64,000 bases of DNA from Clostridiaceae bacterium (GCA_012518795.1 JAAYRL010000051.1:89-64088), one strand, 5' to 3'; shown: positions 46,702-56,574, counted from the first letter of the stretch. The notes: generated by a model from the sequence alone, not told the origin. Numbers and translations: made by a program.

Positions 46702-47892
46702 TTATGGTTCAACATCTAAGTCATCATATGTATAATATCCACTTTCAATTAATAATTCTTCGTAGTTATCAATAGTACAAGATACTGGATCACACAAGTA
46801 TGCAGGCACGATTCCGTTCCCATTATCATAGGTTTCGGTATCATTAACCTCCACCTCTTGTCCACTTGCTATACTTTCGACCATTTTTACTACTCTTGCA
46901 GATGAGTCTCTAGTATCTTTAAATACTGACATAGATTGAGTTCCATTTAAAATGTTTTTCATTGAAGCTATATCACAATCTTGGCCGGTAATCACCGGGA
47001 AATTTTCTGCTGTTAGTCCCGCAGCTATCAATGCATTAGTAACGCCATTTGCTGTAGAATCATTTACTGCTAATACTGCAGATAATTCTGTTCCTTCTGA
47101 ACCATATCCCTGAGCAGAAATTAAATTCTCCATACGTTTTTGAGATTCTTCCATACTATACTCTATTGTTGCGGCTTGCTCCTGAGCTGTTTGTCCCGAA
47201 GGTACGATGAGTTGACCAGATTCTAAATAAGGTTCTAACACTCTCATACTGCCAGTCCAAAAAAAGTTAGCCGTATTATCATCTGGTGCACCTGCAACAA
47301 GTTCTATGTTATGTGGCTCGTCTGATTCATCTAGATCCAAAGCATCTACGATATATTGTGCTTGTAATTCACCAACTACTTCGTTATCGAATGTGACATA
47401 ATATGATAGTGCATCTGTATTTAATATCAGCCTATCATAAGCAATTACATGAATATTCTTTTCTTCCGCTGATTTTAGTACCTCAGATAATGATGATGCA
47501 TCAATTGCCGTTATTACTAAAACATCACAGCCACTCGTTATCATGTTTTCTACTTGTGAAACCTGTAATGAAATATCATTATCACCGGCATATTGCAGAT
47601 CAACTTCATATCCTGCTTCTGTTAACATTTCTTGCATATAACTGCCATCTTGATTCCAACGTTGTAAACTTTTTGTTGGCATTGAAATACCTATCTTACT
47701 AATATCATCAGTTGTTTTATCAGCTTCTTCCGGAGTTTCATCTTTTTCTGGTACTTCTTCTTGAGTTTCAATTCCATCTTCTGGATCTGAAACTTCTTTT
47801 TTGTCATTATTTCCGCAACCGATTAATAAAATAAGCATTATTGAAATCAGTATTAAGGAAAACAATCTTAACATTTTTCTTCTCTTTAACAT
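46702..47892 (-). CDS. Sugar ABC transporter substrate-binding lipoprotein (ChvE/XylF-like, periplasmic binding protein type I)
   Basis: Lipobox LLIGC, an acidic linker, then IGISMPTKSLQRWNQDG...VLVITAID...VIAYDR. Confidence 0.88.
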   Translation of the reverse strand: MLKRRKMLRLFSLILISIMLILLIGCGNNDKKEVSDPEDGIETQEEVPEKDETPEEADKTTDDISKIGISMPTKSLQRWNQDGSYMQEMLTEAGYEVDLQYAGDNDISLQVSQVENMITSGCDVLVITAIDASSLSEVLKSAEEKNIHVIAYDRLILNTDALSYYVTFDNEVVGELQAQYIVDALDLDESDEPHNIELVAGAPDDNTANFFWTGSMRVLEPYLESGQLIVPSGQTAQEQAATIEYSMEESQKRMENLISAQGYGSEGTELSAVLAVNDSTANGVTNALIAAGLTAENFPVITGQDCDIASMKNILNGTQSMSVFKDTRDSSARVVKMVESIASGQEVEVNDTETYDNGNGIVPAYLCDPVSCTIDNYEELLIESGYYTYDDLDVEP

Positions 47893-47933
47893 TTTTTTTC
47901 TCCTTCTATGTTTTTATTATTCTTAATTAACAA

Positions 47934-49247
47934 TTAAGAAAACATTAACTCATTAATTATTCCATTTAAGTATTCCTGACGACCTGAAGGTAATCGCTTT
48001 TCTTCTAAGGAAAGTGCGTACTCTTCCAATTCTTCTAAATTTGTCTCCCCTTTTACTATTTTCTCACCTATTCCGGCATTAAATCCGGAATATCTATTAC
48101 GAACAAATTCATCTATTCTTCCATCCTCAATTATTTTTGCTGCTAGTTTTAGACCTAAGGCAAAAGTGTCCATCCCAACAATAAAACCAATCGCATTATC
48201 TAATTCATCACTCGACGGTCGACGTAATTTTGAATCAAAATTGATGACGCCATATTGTAAACCATTATTTTTCAATATTTCATACATAACCAGTGCTGTA
48301 GATTTTACATCTTTGGGGAACTCATCAGTATCCCAACCAACTAAAGTTTCAGCATGATTTGCATCAATTGAACCTAACAATCCATTAATTCTGGCAACAC
48401 GAATTTCATGTTCGAATGTATGTCCTGCTAAACTCGCATGATTGCCTTCAATATTAAGTTTTATATCGCTTTCAAAGCCATATTTTTGTATAAAAGCAAT
48501 AGAGGTGCTCACATCAAAATCATACTGATGCATTGTTGGTTCTTTGGGTTTAGGTTCAATATAAAATGTACCTTTGAATCCATTGGAACGACCATAATCT
48601 ATCACCATACGATAAAATCTAGCCAAATTATCAAGTTCAAATTCCATATTAGTGTTTAATAACGTATCGTAACCTTCTCTTCCACCCCAAAAAGTGTAAC
48701 CTATACCTCCCATTTTTATTGTTGCATCTAGTGCATTTTTTACTTGGCAAGCCGCTGCAGCATAACTTTCAACATAAGGTGAGGTCGCTGCACCATGTTG
48801 GTATCTTGCTGCACCAAACAGATTCGCAGTTCCCCAAGCCAATTTAATTCCAGTTTTTGCCATATGTTCTTTAATATAATCTGTTATGTATAATAAATTT
48901 GTTTTTAACTCAGCCAAATTAGCACTAGGTTCACAAATATCCACATCATGAAAGCAAAAATATTCAAACCCTGTTTTTTGCATCAATTCAAAAGCAGCAT
49001 TTATTCTAGCTTTTGCTTTTTCTCTCGACTCTTTTTGTCCGAATGTACGATCATATGTTCCGCCTCCGAACATATCTGTACCGTCATAATTCATTCCATG
49101 CCAAAAAGCAAAAGCAAATTTCAAATGCTCTGACATGCGTTTTCCCATGACTTTTTCATCTTTGTTATAGTGTTTAAATGCCAATATATTCTTAGAAGCA
49201 GGACCTTCGTACTCAATCTTTGGAATATTTGGATAATACTCTTTCAT
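47934..49247 (-). CDS. xylA: Xylose isomerase (class II)
   Basis: FAFWHGM, FYIEPKPKEPTMHQYDFD, LNIEGNHASLAGHTFEHE and GSIDANHAETLVGWDTDEFP. Confidence 0.95.
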   Translation of the reverse strand: MKEYYPNIPKIEYEGPASKNILAFKHYNKDEKVMGKRMSEHLKFAFAFWHGMNYDGTDMFGGGTYDRTFGQKESREKAKARINAAFELMQKTGFEYFCFHDVDICEPSANLAELKTNLLYITDYIKEHMAKTGIKLAWGTANLFGAARYQHGAATSPYVESYAAAACQVKNALDATIKMGGIGYTFWGGREGYDTLLNTNMEFELDNLARFYRMVIDYGRSNGFKGTFYIEPKPKEPTMHQYDFDVSTSIAFIQKYGFESDIKLNIEGNHASLAGHTFEHEIRVARINGLLGSIDANHAETLVGWDTDEFPKDVKSTALVMYEILKNNGLQYGVINFDSKLRRPSSDELDNAIGFIVGMDTFALGLKLAAKIIEDGRIDEFVRNRYSGFNAGIGEKIVKGETNLEELEEYALSLEEKRLPSGRQEYLNGIINELMFS

Positions 49248-49266
49248 TATTTACTCCTCTTACTAA

Positions 49267-50673
49267 TTAATGTTCAACAAACGCCATTACATAACCTAAA
49301 TTACCCACAAAAGGAAATACCATTCCAGAAAGATCAGATGTTGGCAGTATTTCATCAGCAAGATAAATACCTAATTCATTTTTCATAAATTCACGTCTGG
49401 CCAACATTCTTTCGTATGATTCAGGAGATAACTGTTTAATTTCATTTTGCAACTTTTGATCTGCGATAATTATTCCGTCTTCAGCATGAACACCTATATT
49501 TAGATCTTTAAAAGCTGCTGTAAAATCACACTGGATTGCCATGCCTGAATGTAGTTTTTCATTTGAGTTTTTATAAAAAGGCGTATTCAGCCATTCATCA
49601 GTATGAATGCCATGACCCAAGTTAAGTTTCACTCCAAAATCAATCGGTTCACCCATAACTGCAACAACAGATTCATAAACTTCCATACCGGTAACACCGA
49701 TTTTTACAGATTCATACCAAGTTTTCATGGAAGCAAAATATTTTTCAAAAATCTTTTTAACATTATCTCGACGTTTTGGTTCAAGTTGACTTTCATCTTC
49801 AACAAATAAACCTACCTTGTGACATAAAGATCGTCTATACGCCATACCAACACCAACAACATCTCCTATTTTTAATTTATTGTCCGGCATTGGACTTGCA
49901 ATTGCATAAAAGTAATTTTTATTAAAATTGACGTTAGAATGAACTGACAGTGGATCGCCATCTATCATTAAGTGCTTTGATGCTTCAAGTTCTGTAATAC
50001 CTTCACTTAAATTTTTCAAAACTCTATGTACAGCATTAGAACATTTGGTACCTGATACTTCTGTTAAAATCAATTCTTTCGCACATAGATTTGTACGTAA
50101 ACCTATTTCGTTATCTTGAAGCAAATAGGTTCCGTTGAACAAATTATTTTCTGAACAGACATGAATTAATTCATTGTATATAAAAAGTGGTAAATCAAAT
50201 TGCTCTTCATCCGTAGCAAAATCTCTGCTATCAAACCATTTCCAACCTATAACTGCTACTTTTGATTTCTTGTTTAAACCAGCTTCAGAAAGGATATCCC
50301 GCAAGATAGTCTTAGTAGGCCTGGGTTGTCGAGGCAAGCTAAATCCATGAAAAACAATATCATTTATTTCATATGGAATCCTTTTTGAATAATCAATTCC
50401 TTCATCACCAACAATTAAGGTCGGTATCTTCTCAGCAGATATCAACAATAAAGCTTCCTCAAACCTTGGATCAATACCAGTAAAATATTCAATATTTGAA
50501 AAATGCTCACGATCACCATAAATAATATAATCTGTATATTTCCCATTGCCTAGATTGATTAATGCATTTATTCTTCGCTGATAATCTTCTGCTGTAATTC
50601 TCGGCAATTCTCTTTCATTAATTTTTTTAATTTGATTAGGTAAACTATTAATTTTTTTCTTAATAATCCTCAT
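49267..50673 (-). CDS. M24/creatinase-like pita-bread fold protein, probably not a canonical metallopeptidase
   Basis: ORF 49267..50688 (TTG). ATG at 50673 has AAGGGA upstream. The N-terminal domain is creatinase/prolidase-like. The C-terminal region keeps GHGIH and AED, but the usual D...D ligand positions read GDVVGVGMAY...SLCH in my by-eye alignment. Confidence 0.55.
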   Translation of the reverse strand: MRIIKKKINSLPNQIKKINERELPRITAEDYQRRINALINLGNGKYTDYIIYGDREHFSNIEYFTGIDPRFEEALLLISAEKIPTLIVGDEGIDYSKRIPYEINDIVFHGFSLPRQPRPTKTILRDILSEAGLNKKSKVAVIGWKWFDSRDFATDEEQFDLPLFIYNELIHVCSENNLFNGTYLLQDNEIGLRTNLCAKELILTEVSGTKCSNAVHRVLKNLSEGITELEASKHLMIDGDPLSVHSNVNFNKNYFYAIASPMPDNKLKIGDVVGVGMAYRRSLCHKVGLFVEDESQLEPKRRDNVKKIFEKYFASMKTWYESVKIGVTGMEVYESVVAVMGEPIDFGVKLNLGHGIHTDEWLNTPFYKNSNEKLHSGMAIQCDFTAAFKDLNIGVHAEDGIIIADQKLQNEIKQLSPESYERMLARREFMKNELGIYLADEILPTSDLSGMVFPFVGNLGYVMAFVEH

Positions 50674-51197
50674 TTTTTTCCCTTTCAATAAATAATGTAT
50701 ATGATTTTACTAAATTAATTTATATAAATTTTTGTTTATAACAACAAATATATTTTGTATAACTCTATTTATTTATAAGAATTATCATAAATAATGTCAA
50801 TAAAATCCATGTGTATCTAAATGAAATTGTATGATTCAGCCAATATTGTCACTAAATAATTGTATTGATTTACTAAATTATTTAATTTATTTTCAAATAA
50901 CTTGAAGAAATTTCTCAGATTGAAGAGTAATTAAGTAATTCCTTTTAAATTGCTTAATCTTCAATACTTAATTCTAACCACATTTAAGGCTGATTACCTT
51001 AAATTAATCTCATCAAAATAGGCGTATTTTCTGCTGTTATGATTATGCAATGAATTTTCACCACACATATCATAGAATCAAGCAGAAAATTTGCGTGACA
51101 TTTTTAAATTATTTAACTGAATTTTTGAATAATCTTGAAAAAACTTTTCAATAATAAAGAATAGTTTAATAATTTAGCAATTTAAAATTACCAATAA

Positions 51198-52247
51198 CTA
51201 TTTATAATAATCGTTAACACTATCACGTTTAATTAATCTTGTTGGAATTGTAACTCGACAAACATCTGAAAAATCATCTGTTAAAGATTCAGGATTATTT
51301 ATCCTTTTATTCAAGATCATCATTGCTACTTCTCCTAATTGAGTTATCATAACTCTAATCGTCGTTAAAGTTGGAGATACCATTGTACAGATAGGCATAT
51401 CATCATAACCTACAATCGATACATCTTCTGGAACCTTATAGCCTTTGGTTTTCAAAGCTCTTATACATGCAGCAGCAATAATATCATTATCAGCAAAAAA
51501 TGCAGAAACCGGCTTACCACCTGCATTTAGCCAATTTAACATATCTTCAAAAGCTCGTTCTGATGCAGTGGACACATTAATTACTTGTAATGGTTTCACC
51601 TCACTTATTCCCCATTCACGACGAGCTTTAAGAACTCCTTTTTCACGTTGATCAAAGTTTGCAATTCTGTTTGTAGATTTAAGATAGCCTACATCAGGAT
51701 GCCCTTTTTTTAGTAGATAGGTCGTTCCTAAACAAGCTCCCTGTACACTATCTGCTACAACACAATCAATTTTATAAGCATTCGTTGCATTATCTACTAG
51801 AACAATTGGGATATTATGTCTGCCAAGACCATTGCGATAAGCTTTTTCAAGGTCTTGTTCCTCCATTTCAGTAGCTAAGATAATCAAACCGTCAACATCT
51901 TCACAAATTGCATTTAATTGTTCTTCCCATTTTTCTGAAGAATAAAAGTACGTAATAAGAACATTGTAATTCATTTTTTTTGCTTTTTCCTCAATCCCTT
52001 GTAGAACAATAGAATGAAATGAGGTTTCTTTTACAATATCGCCATCTTTTAGAAAAATAACATAGCGAATATTTCGATTTGTACTTAAAGAATTCTGTTG
52101 CTTAAATGAATAACCTAGCCGGGCAGCTTCAGCCAACACCATTTCACGTGTTTTAACACTAACACCAGGTCGGTCATTCAAAGCTAAAGAAACAGAAGAA
52201 GCAGAAATACCAAGTTTCTTTGCGATGTCTTTAGCCGTAATTTTCAT
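51198..52247 (-). CDS. LacI family transcriptional regulator
   Basis: N-terminal HTH ITAKDIAKKLGISASSVSLALN plus a periplasmic-binding-protein-like sugar-binding core. Confidence 0.92.
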   Translation of the reverse strand: MKITAKDIAKKLGISASSVSLALNDRPGVSVKTREMVLAEAARLGYSFKQQNSLSTNRNIRYVIFLKDGDIVKETSFHSIVLQGIEEKAKKMNYNVLITYFYSSEKWEEQLNAICEDVDGLIILATEMEEQDLEKAYRNGLGRHNIPIVLVDNATNAYKIDCVVADSVQGACLGTTYLLKKGHPDVGYLKSTNRIANFDQREKGVLKARREWGISEVKPLQVINVSTASERAFEDMLNWLNAGGKPVSAFFADNDIIAAACIRALKTKGYKVPEDVSIVGYDDMPICTMVSPTLTTIRVMITQLGEVAMMILNKRINNPESLTDDFSDVCRVTIPTRLIKRDSVNDYYK

Positions 52248-52395
52248 CTATTACCTTTAATCTCTTTCTACTTGTTGATAATCAATGGTTCTTCCACTAA
52301 TAAAATTTTTAATTTAATAAACTAGACTATATGCTTATTGGGGTCTAATTATTTTGATTATTACGAAAAACAAACCATAAATCAAGAGAAATTCA

Positions 52396-52421
52396 ATATT
52401 TAGTTAAATTTAACTAAATAT
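52396..52421. repeat. 26-bp perfect palindrome upstream of the LacI-family gene
   Basis: ATATTTAGTTAAA|TTTAACTAAATAT, about 150 nt upstream of the regulator start. Confidence 0.9.
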
Positions 52422-52590
52422 CAAGTTTAATTTATGCAAATGCTAATTTGTCTACTATAGATTATAGATATCTAAAAGTATCATAGAATAACCAAGTTTC
52501 CTTGTTTATTATCTAACATATTTAGCAACAATTATTATTCACTTGATTATTATGTCACGTTTAGGTGCCTTATTAGGGGTTATGCGGACC

Positions 52591-54567
52591 TTAATTTACC
52601 TCGATATCAGTATCGGGTGCCGAATAATCATTGATTTTTTCCATGACTAAAGTTGAGAGCGGACTGATGTTAATCCTATTGCTGCCTTCCTCCAATTCCA
52701 GAATTCTCGGTTCCTCTACAAAGTATCCATTATCCGCAAAATAAATTTTATAGATCCCGGCATCAATCAAGGTCGAACTGAAGCCTTCGTAGGAATTAAA
52801 GAATACCCAAAAATCAACATTGTGAGAGTTTTCACTGTGGATACGCATTTTTATTAAATGGTCCGACAGAAAATCTACTTGAACATTTTTCAGAATCTCA
52901 TTGAATGTACGATAGTGGAAAACCTGATGTTCCTTGCGGAATTTGACTAAAGCACGAAAATAATCGACTGAATAGCGATTTGTTTCAGACCAGACTATTT
53001 GATTGACAGAATCCGGCGAATTATAGCTATTCGGATTACCGAATTTTGTACGCATAAATTCTTGTCCTGAATGGATAAATGCCACACCTTGGGAGAGCAA
53101 AACCATACTGTTTGCCAAGTTTTGTCTGCGTTCATATTCTTCAAAGCTTCGCATCGGTAAAGAAGAAGCAATTTGATCAAATAAAGTATAATTGTCATGT
53201 GCTGCAGCATATTGAACCATTTGACCCGGTCTGAAATAACGTTCAGCCAGCAGAGCATAGTTGAGAAAATCGGAATCAGTTTCACCTCCGGCAGCAAATC
53301 CTTTCTTGTATTTATCAAATACGTTACCGCGGATCGAGTTGCGAAATTGATCGTTAAAGAAACCGATACCGCGAAACATATGCGAACGGGCTGCTGTTGT
53401 ACGCAACACTTCCGGCAATACATCACCCAGATTCCATCCTTCACCGAGCATAATAATCGAGGGATCAATTTCATCCAACTGCTCACGAATAGTCCGCACA
53501 GTAAATACATCAAGAATACCTAAAAGATCGAATCTGAAACCGTCTAAATTATACTCGCGTGCCCAATATAAAACGCTGTCCGTAATATATTTACTGACCA
53601 TACTTCTTTCGCTTGCTATTTCATTGCCGCAAAAAGTTCCATTTGCCAGTTTACCGTCTGCCGTATGACGAAAATAATATCCCGGAACCAAAACCGTAAA
53701 AGGATGGGCCGCAACATCATAAACATGATTGTAAACCACATCCATAATCACTCGAATACCTTTGTCGTGCAGAGCCTGAACCATCTCTTTTACTTCACGA
53801 ATTCTGGTTAGCGGATTGTACGGATCAGTCGCAAATGAACCGTCCGGCACATTATAATTGGCAGGATCGTAACCCCAATTATATTCAATCGAAGGATGTT
53901 CTTCATTAACAGTTTCGAAATCATAAAAAGGCATCAATTGAACATGAGTTATGCCAAGAGAAGTCAGATAATCAAGACCGACAGGCAAACCGTCCCGGTT
54001 GGTTCGACCGGTTTCCGTTAATCCCAGATATTTACCTTTATGTTCTATATCTGTTTCGGGATAAATTGTAAAATCACGAATACTCATTTCATAGATAATT
54101 GCATCAACCGATCTGGTGAAATCCATTCTGCGTTGATTCCAGTTTTCAGGTTGTGTCCGATCTAAATCTAATACAACTGAATGACTGCTATTAACCGTTG
54201 TAGCAATACTATAAGGATCATTGCAGGTTCTCTGCTCACCATTATCATAAGTGACACGCAAACGATAAATCATTAAATGGAGGTCAGTATCAATTTTTAA
54301 ATGCCAGACACCTTGTTTTATATATTCCATCGGCCAGATTGCTGCCGGTTCAACAGGAATTTTATAATCTTCTGACCAAAATCCATAACTGAGAATCTCT
54401 ACGTTTTTAACAACCGGCGACCATACTCTAAATACTGTTCTATTTTTTTTATATACAAAGCCTAAGGTTCCGGAAAAATGATAATCATGGCGGAATTCTA
54501 AGGAATCATAATCATATTTTTCCAAATAAGGATTTACAAAGCTATAGTAATCTTTTTGAGATTGCAT
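52591..54567 (-). CDS. pulA: Type I pullulanase (GH13 with N-terminal CBM48)
   Basis: FRVWSP (CBM48). GH13 regions VIMDVVYNH, GFRFDLLG, GEGW and YAAAHDN. 658 aa with no signal peptide. Confidence 0.9.
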   Translation of the reverse strand: MQSQKDYYSFVNPYLEKYDYDSLEFRHDYHFSGTLGFVYKKNRTVFRVWSPVVKNVEILSYGFWSEDYKIPVEPAAIWPMEYIKQGVWHLKIDTDLHLMIYRLRVTYDNGEQRTCNDPYSIATTVNSSHSVVLDLDRTQPENWNQRRMDFTRSVDAIIYEMSIRDFTIYPETDIEHKGKYLGLTETGRTNRDGLPVGLDYLTSLGITHVQLMPFYDFETVNEEHPSIEYNWGYDPANYNVPDGSFATDPYNPLTRIREVKEMVQALHDKGIRVIMDVVYNHVYDVAAHPFTVLVPGYYFRHTADGKLANGTFCGNEIASERSMVSKYITDSVLYWAREYNLDGFRFDLLGILDVFTVRTIREQLDEIDPSIIMLGEGWNLGDVLPEVLRTTAARSHMFRGIGFFNDQFRNSIRGNVFDKYKKGFAAGGETDSDFLNYALLAERYFRPGQMVQYAAAHDNYTLFDQIASSLPMRSFEEYERRQNLANSMVLLSQGVAFIHSGQEFMRTKFGNPNSYNSPDSVNQIVWSETNRYSVDYFRALVKFRKEHQVFHYRTFNEILKNVQVDFLSDHLIKMRIHSENSHNVDFWVFFNSYEGFSSTLIDAGIYKIYFADNGYFVEEPRILELEEGSNRINISPLSTLVMEKINDYSAPDTDIEVN

Positions 54568-54717
54568 TTTTATATATTTCCAATCTAACTATTATCTCTA
54601 TTATCTCAACCATTCTCTCTTTTATATCATAATAAATTCCAGATATACAAACTGTCGTCTGTGTTACTCTGAACAATTATGCTGCCACAAAAAATCTAAA
54701 GTTCTCCTTTGACAGAA

Positions 54718-54757
54718 TGATGTTATTAAAAATCATTTGATGTTATTAAAAATCATT
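54718..54757. repeat. 2 x 20 bp perfect tandem repeat in the pulA upstream region
   Basis: GATGTTATTAAAAATCATTT occurs twice. Each copy contains the inverted half-sites AATGAT...ATCATT. Confidence 0.9.
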
Positions 54758-54779
54758 TGACAATAAATGACGACACAAT

Positions 54780-55493
54780 CTAAATCCAAAGTCCTCCGTT
54801 AACATTAATCACTTCGCCTGTTATGTATTCCTGCTCAGCCAAAAATAATGCTGTTTGAGCTATCTCTTCCGGTCTTCCCAAACGCAACAAAGGTATTTCT
54901 TGAATCAATTCTTCAATCTCTACTGTCGAATATTCATTTAACATATCCGTGTCAATTGCTCCGGGAGCAATTGCATTAACTCTTACATTAGACGGTGCCA
55001 ATTCTTTGGCTAAAGCTTTTGTTAATCCGATAATCCCTGCCTTGGTCGTTGAATAATGAACTTCACAAGCTGCGCCCGTCACACCCCAAATTGAACTGAT
55101 ATTAATAATACAGCCCGACTTTTGTTTGACCATCCCGGGATAAACTTTTTGTGCCAACAAAAAATATGCTTTCAAGTTTATTGTATTTATCTGATCCCAA
55201 TCCAATTCAGTAATTTCATCAAATAATTTGTTTTCAGAAATCGAAGCATTATTAATCAAAATATCTAACGGTTGATCAATTTTTGAAAACAAACGATCAA
55301 TGTCCGATTTATTGCTAAGTTCAACCTGAAGCGGAATCAGCTTGTCCGGATTATTCAAGGTTCGCTGTAATTCAAATAAACTATCTTTGGTTCGGTTATA
55401 AGTTGCATAAACTCGATAGCCATTAGCCAAAAATATATTTGTTATTGCATATCCTATGCCACGAGACCCCCCGGTGATTAAAATGCTCTTCAT
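54780..55493 (-). CDS. Short-chain dehydrogenase/reductase, FabG-like
   Basis: TGGSRGIG, NNAS and the catalytic YSTTK. 237 aa. Confidence 0.85.
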   Translation of the reverse strand: MKSILITGGSRGIGYAITNIFLANGYRVYATYNRTKDSLFELQRTLNNPDKLIPLQVELSNKSDIDRLFSKIDQPLDILINNASISENKLFDEITELDWDQINTINLKAYFLLAQKVYPGMVKQKSGCIINISSIWGVTGAACEVHYSTTKAGIIGLTKALAKELAPSNVRVNAIAPGAIDTDMLNEYSTVEIEELIQEIPLLRLGRPEEIAQTALFLAEQEYITGEVINVNGGLWI

Positions 55494-55499
55494 ACAATT

Positions 55500-55535
55500 T
55501 TTTCTGTTTATCTTTCTTTTTCTGTTTGTCTTTCT
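55500..55535. repeat. 2 x 18 bp tandem repeat immediately upstream of the SDR start codon
   Basis: TTTTCTGTTTATCTTTCT and TTTTCTGTTTGTCTTTCT (1 mismatch). Confidence 0.85.
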
Positions 55536-55621
55536 TTAAAATATATTCAGAATTATTATACATTAAGATTAATGAATACTGGGCATATATGTTACATAAT
55601 TATTTAAAATGCCCTAACATG

Positions 55622-55649
55622 AAGAATGCTCTCAAACGAGAGCATTCTT
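55622..55649 (-). terminator. 12-bp perfect hairpin after glpF (putative terminator)
   Basis: AAGAATGCTCTC-AAAC-GAGAGCATTCTT lies 23 nt past the glpF stop. The T-tract is weak on both strands. Confidence 0.45.
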
Positions 55650-55671
55650 AATAATTTAGTATTTATTCTCT

Positions 55672-56412
55672 TTAGGAGAATAAGTCCAATGGTGATGCAA
55701 AGAATCCCTCCATGCCACTTAATGATTGATACAATAATACCGCAATAATAGCACCGATGATCGGACCGATTACCGGTATCCATGCATAGCCCCAATCAGG
55801 ATCTTTTTCTTTGAAAGGCAGAACTGCATAGGCAATTCTCGGACCGAGGTCACGTGCCGGATTGATTGCATAACCGGTTAATCCGCCTAAGGACATACCG
55901 ATTGAAACGATAACACCAAATACGAACAAGTTACCAACTCCCGGAACGATATTAGCCGGAACGCCTTTGATTGCAAAGACTAAAACAAACGTACCGACAA
56001 TTTCACTGATTAAGTTAAATAGCGGACTTCTGATTGACGGACCCGTGCAGAATACACCTCTTTGAGTTCCGACATCCGGAGTTTCATCGAAATGTTTCTT
56101 GTACAGGATATAGACCAGAATTGCCCCAATGAAAGCACCTGCAAATTGTCCGCCAATGTAGGTAGGTAAAGTATCCCAACCGATTGTTCCGTCTATTGCT
56201 AAACCTATTGAAAGAGCGGGGTTAAAGTGTGCACCTGAAGCATTGCCGAAAATAAATGCCGGCAACAGAACGGCAAGACCCCAAGCGAACGTAATCTGAA
56301 TCGATCCGGCGCCTTTCATTCCTGACTTGTTCAAACTGACATTGGCAACAACAGCGTCACCCAAAAGGACTAACATCATTGTTCCAAGAAGTTCCGCGAC
56401 AAAAATCGTCAT
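55672..56412 (-). CDS. glpF: Glycerol uptake facilitator (MIP/aquaglyceroporin)
   Basis: Two NPA motifs (HFNPALS, INPARD). Start moved to MTIFVAELLG (AAAAGGAG upstream). Confidence 0.92.
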   Translation of the reverse strand: MTIFVAELLGTMMLVLLGDAVVANVSLNKSGMKGAGSIQITFAWGLAVLLPAFIFGNASGAHFNPALSIGLAIDGTIGWDTLPTYIGGQFAGAFIGAILVYILYKKHFDETPDVGTQRGVFCTGPSIRSPLFNLISEIVGTFVLVFAIKGVPANIVPGVGNLFVFGVIVSIGMSLGGLTGYAINPARDLGPRIAYAVLPFKEKDPDWGYAWIPVIGPIIGAIIAVLLYQSLSGMEGFFASPLDLFS

Positions 56413-56574
56413 AATAATCTCCTTTTCTTTTTTGTGTTCTGTTAAGATAAACTTCAATTATTTACTTAACAGAACAAACTTCATTTTATATGTTTTCTTA
56501 ATACTAACCAATAATTATTAAATACAAATTAAACTCAAATTAAATTTAATAGATACAATTACTCCTCAACAAAA

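Noticed and set aside
43217-52612. Mobile element (IS, transposon or integrative element) as the vehicle of the xylose insert
   Set aside because: I found no transposase, integrase or recombinase ORF, no terminal inverted repeats and no tRNA-adjacent att-like site. Only homology-type duplications of pulA and patatin sequence are present.
55604-55795. ORF 55604..55795 (-), 63 aa, and ORF 56559..56753 (-)
   Set aside because: They overlap the 3' ends of glpF and glpK in other frames and have no independent support.
56449-56482. Inverted repeat CTGTTAAG...CTTAACAG in the glpK-glpF spacer as a terminator or antiterminator
   Set aside because: The stem is 8 bp and AT-rich with an 18-nt loop and no T-tract. 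That is too weak to call without transcript data.
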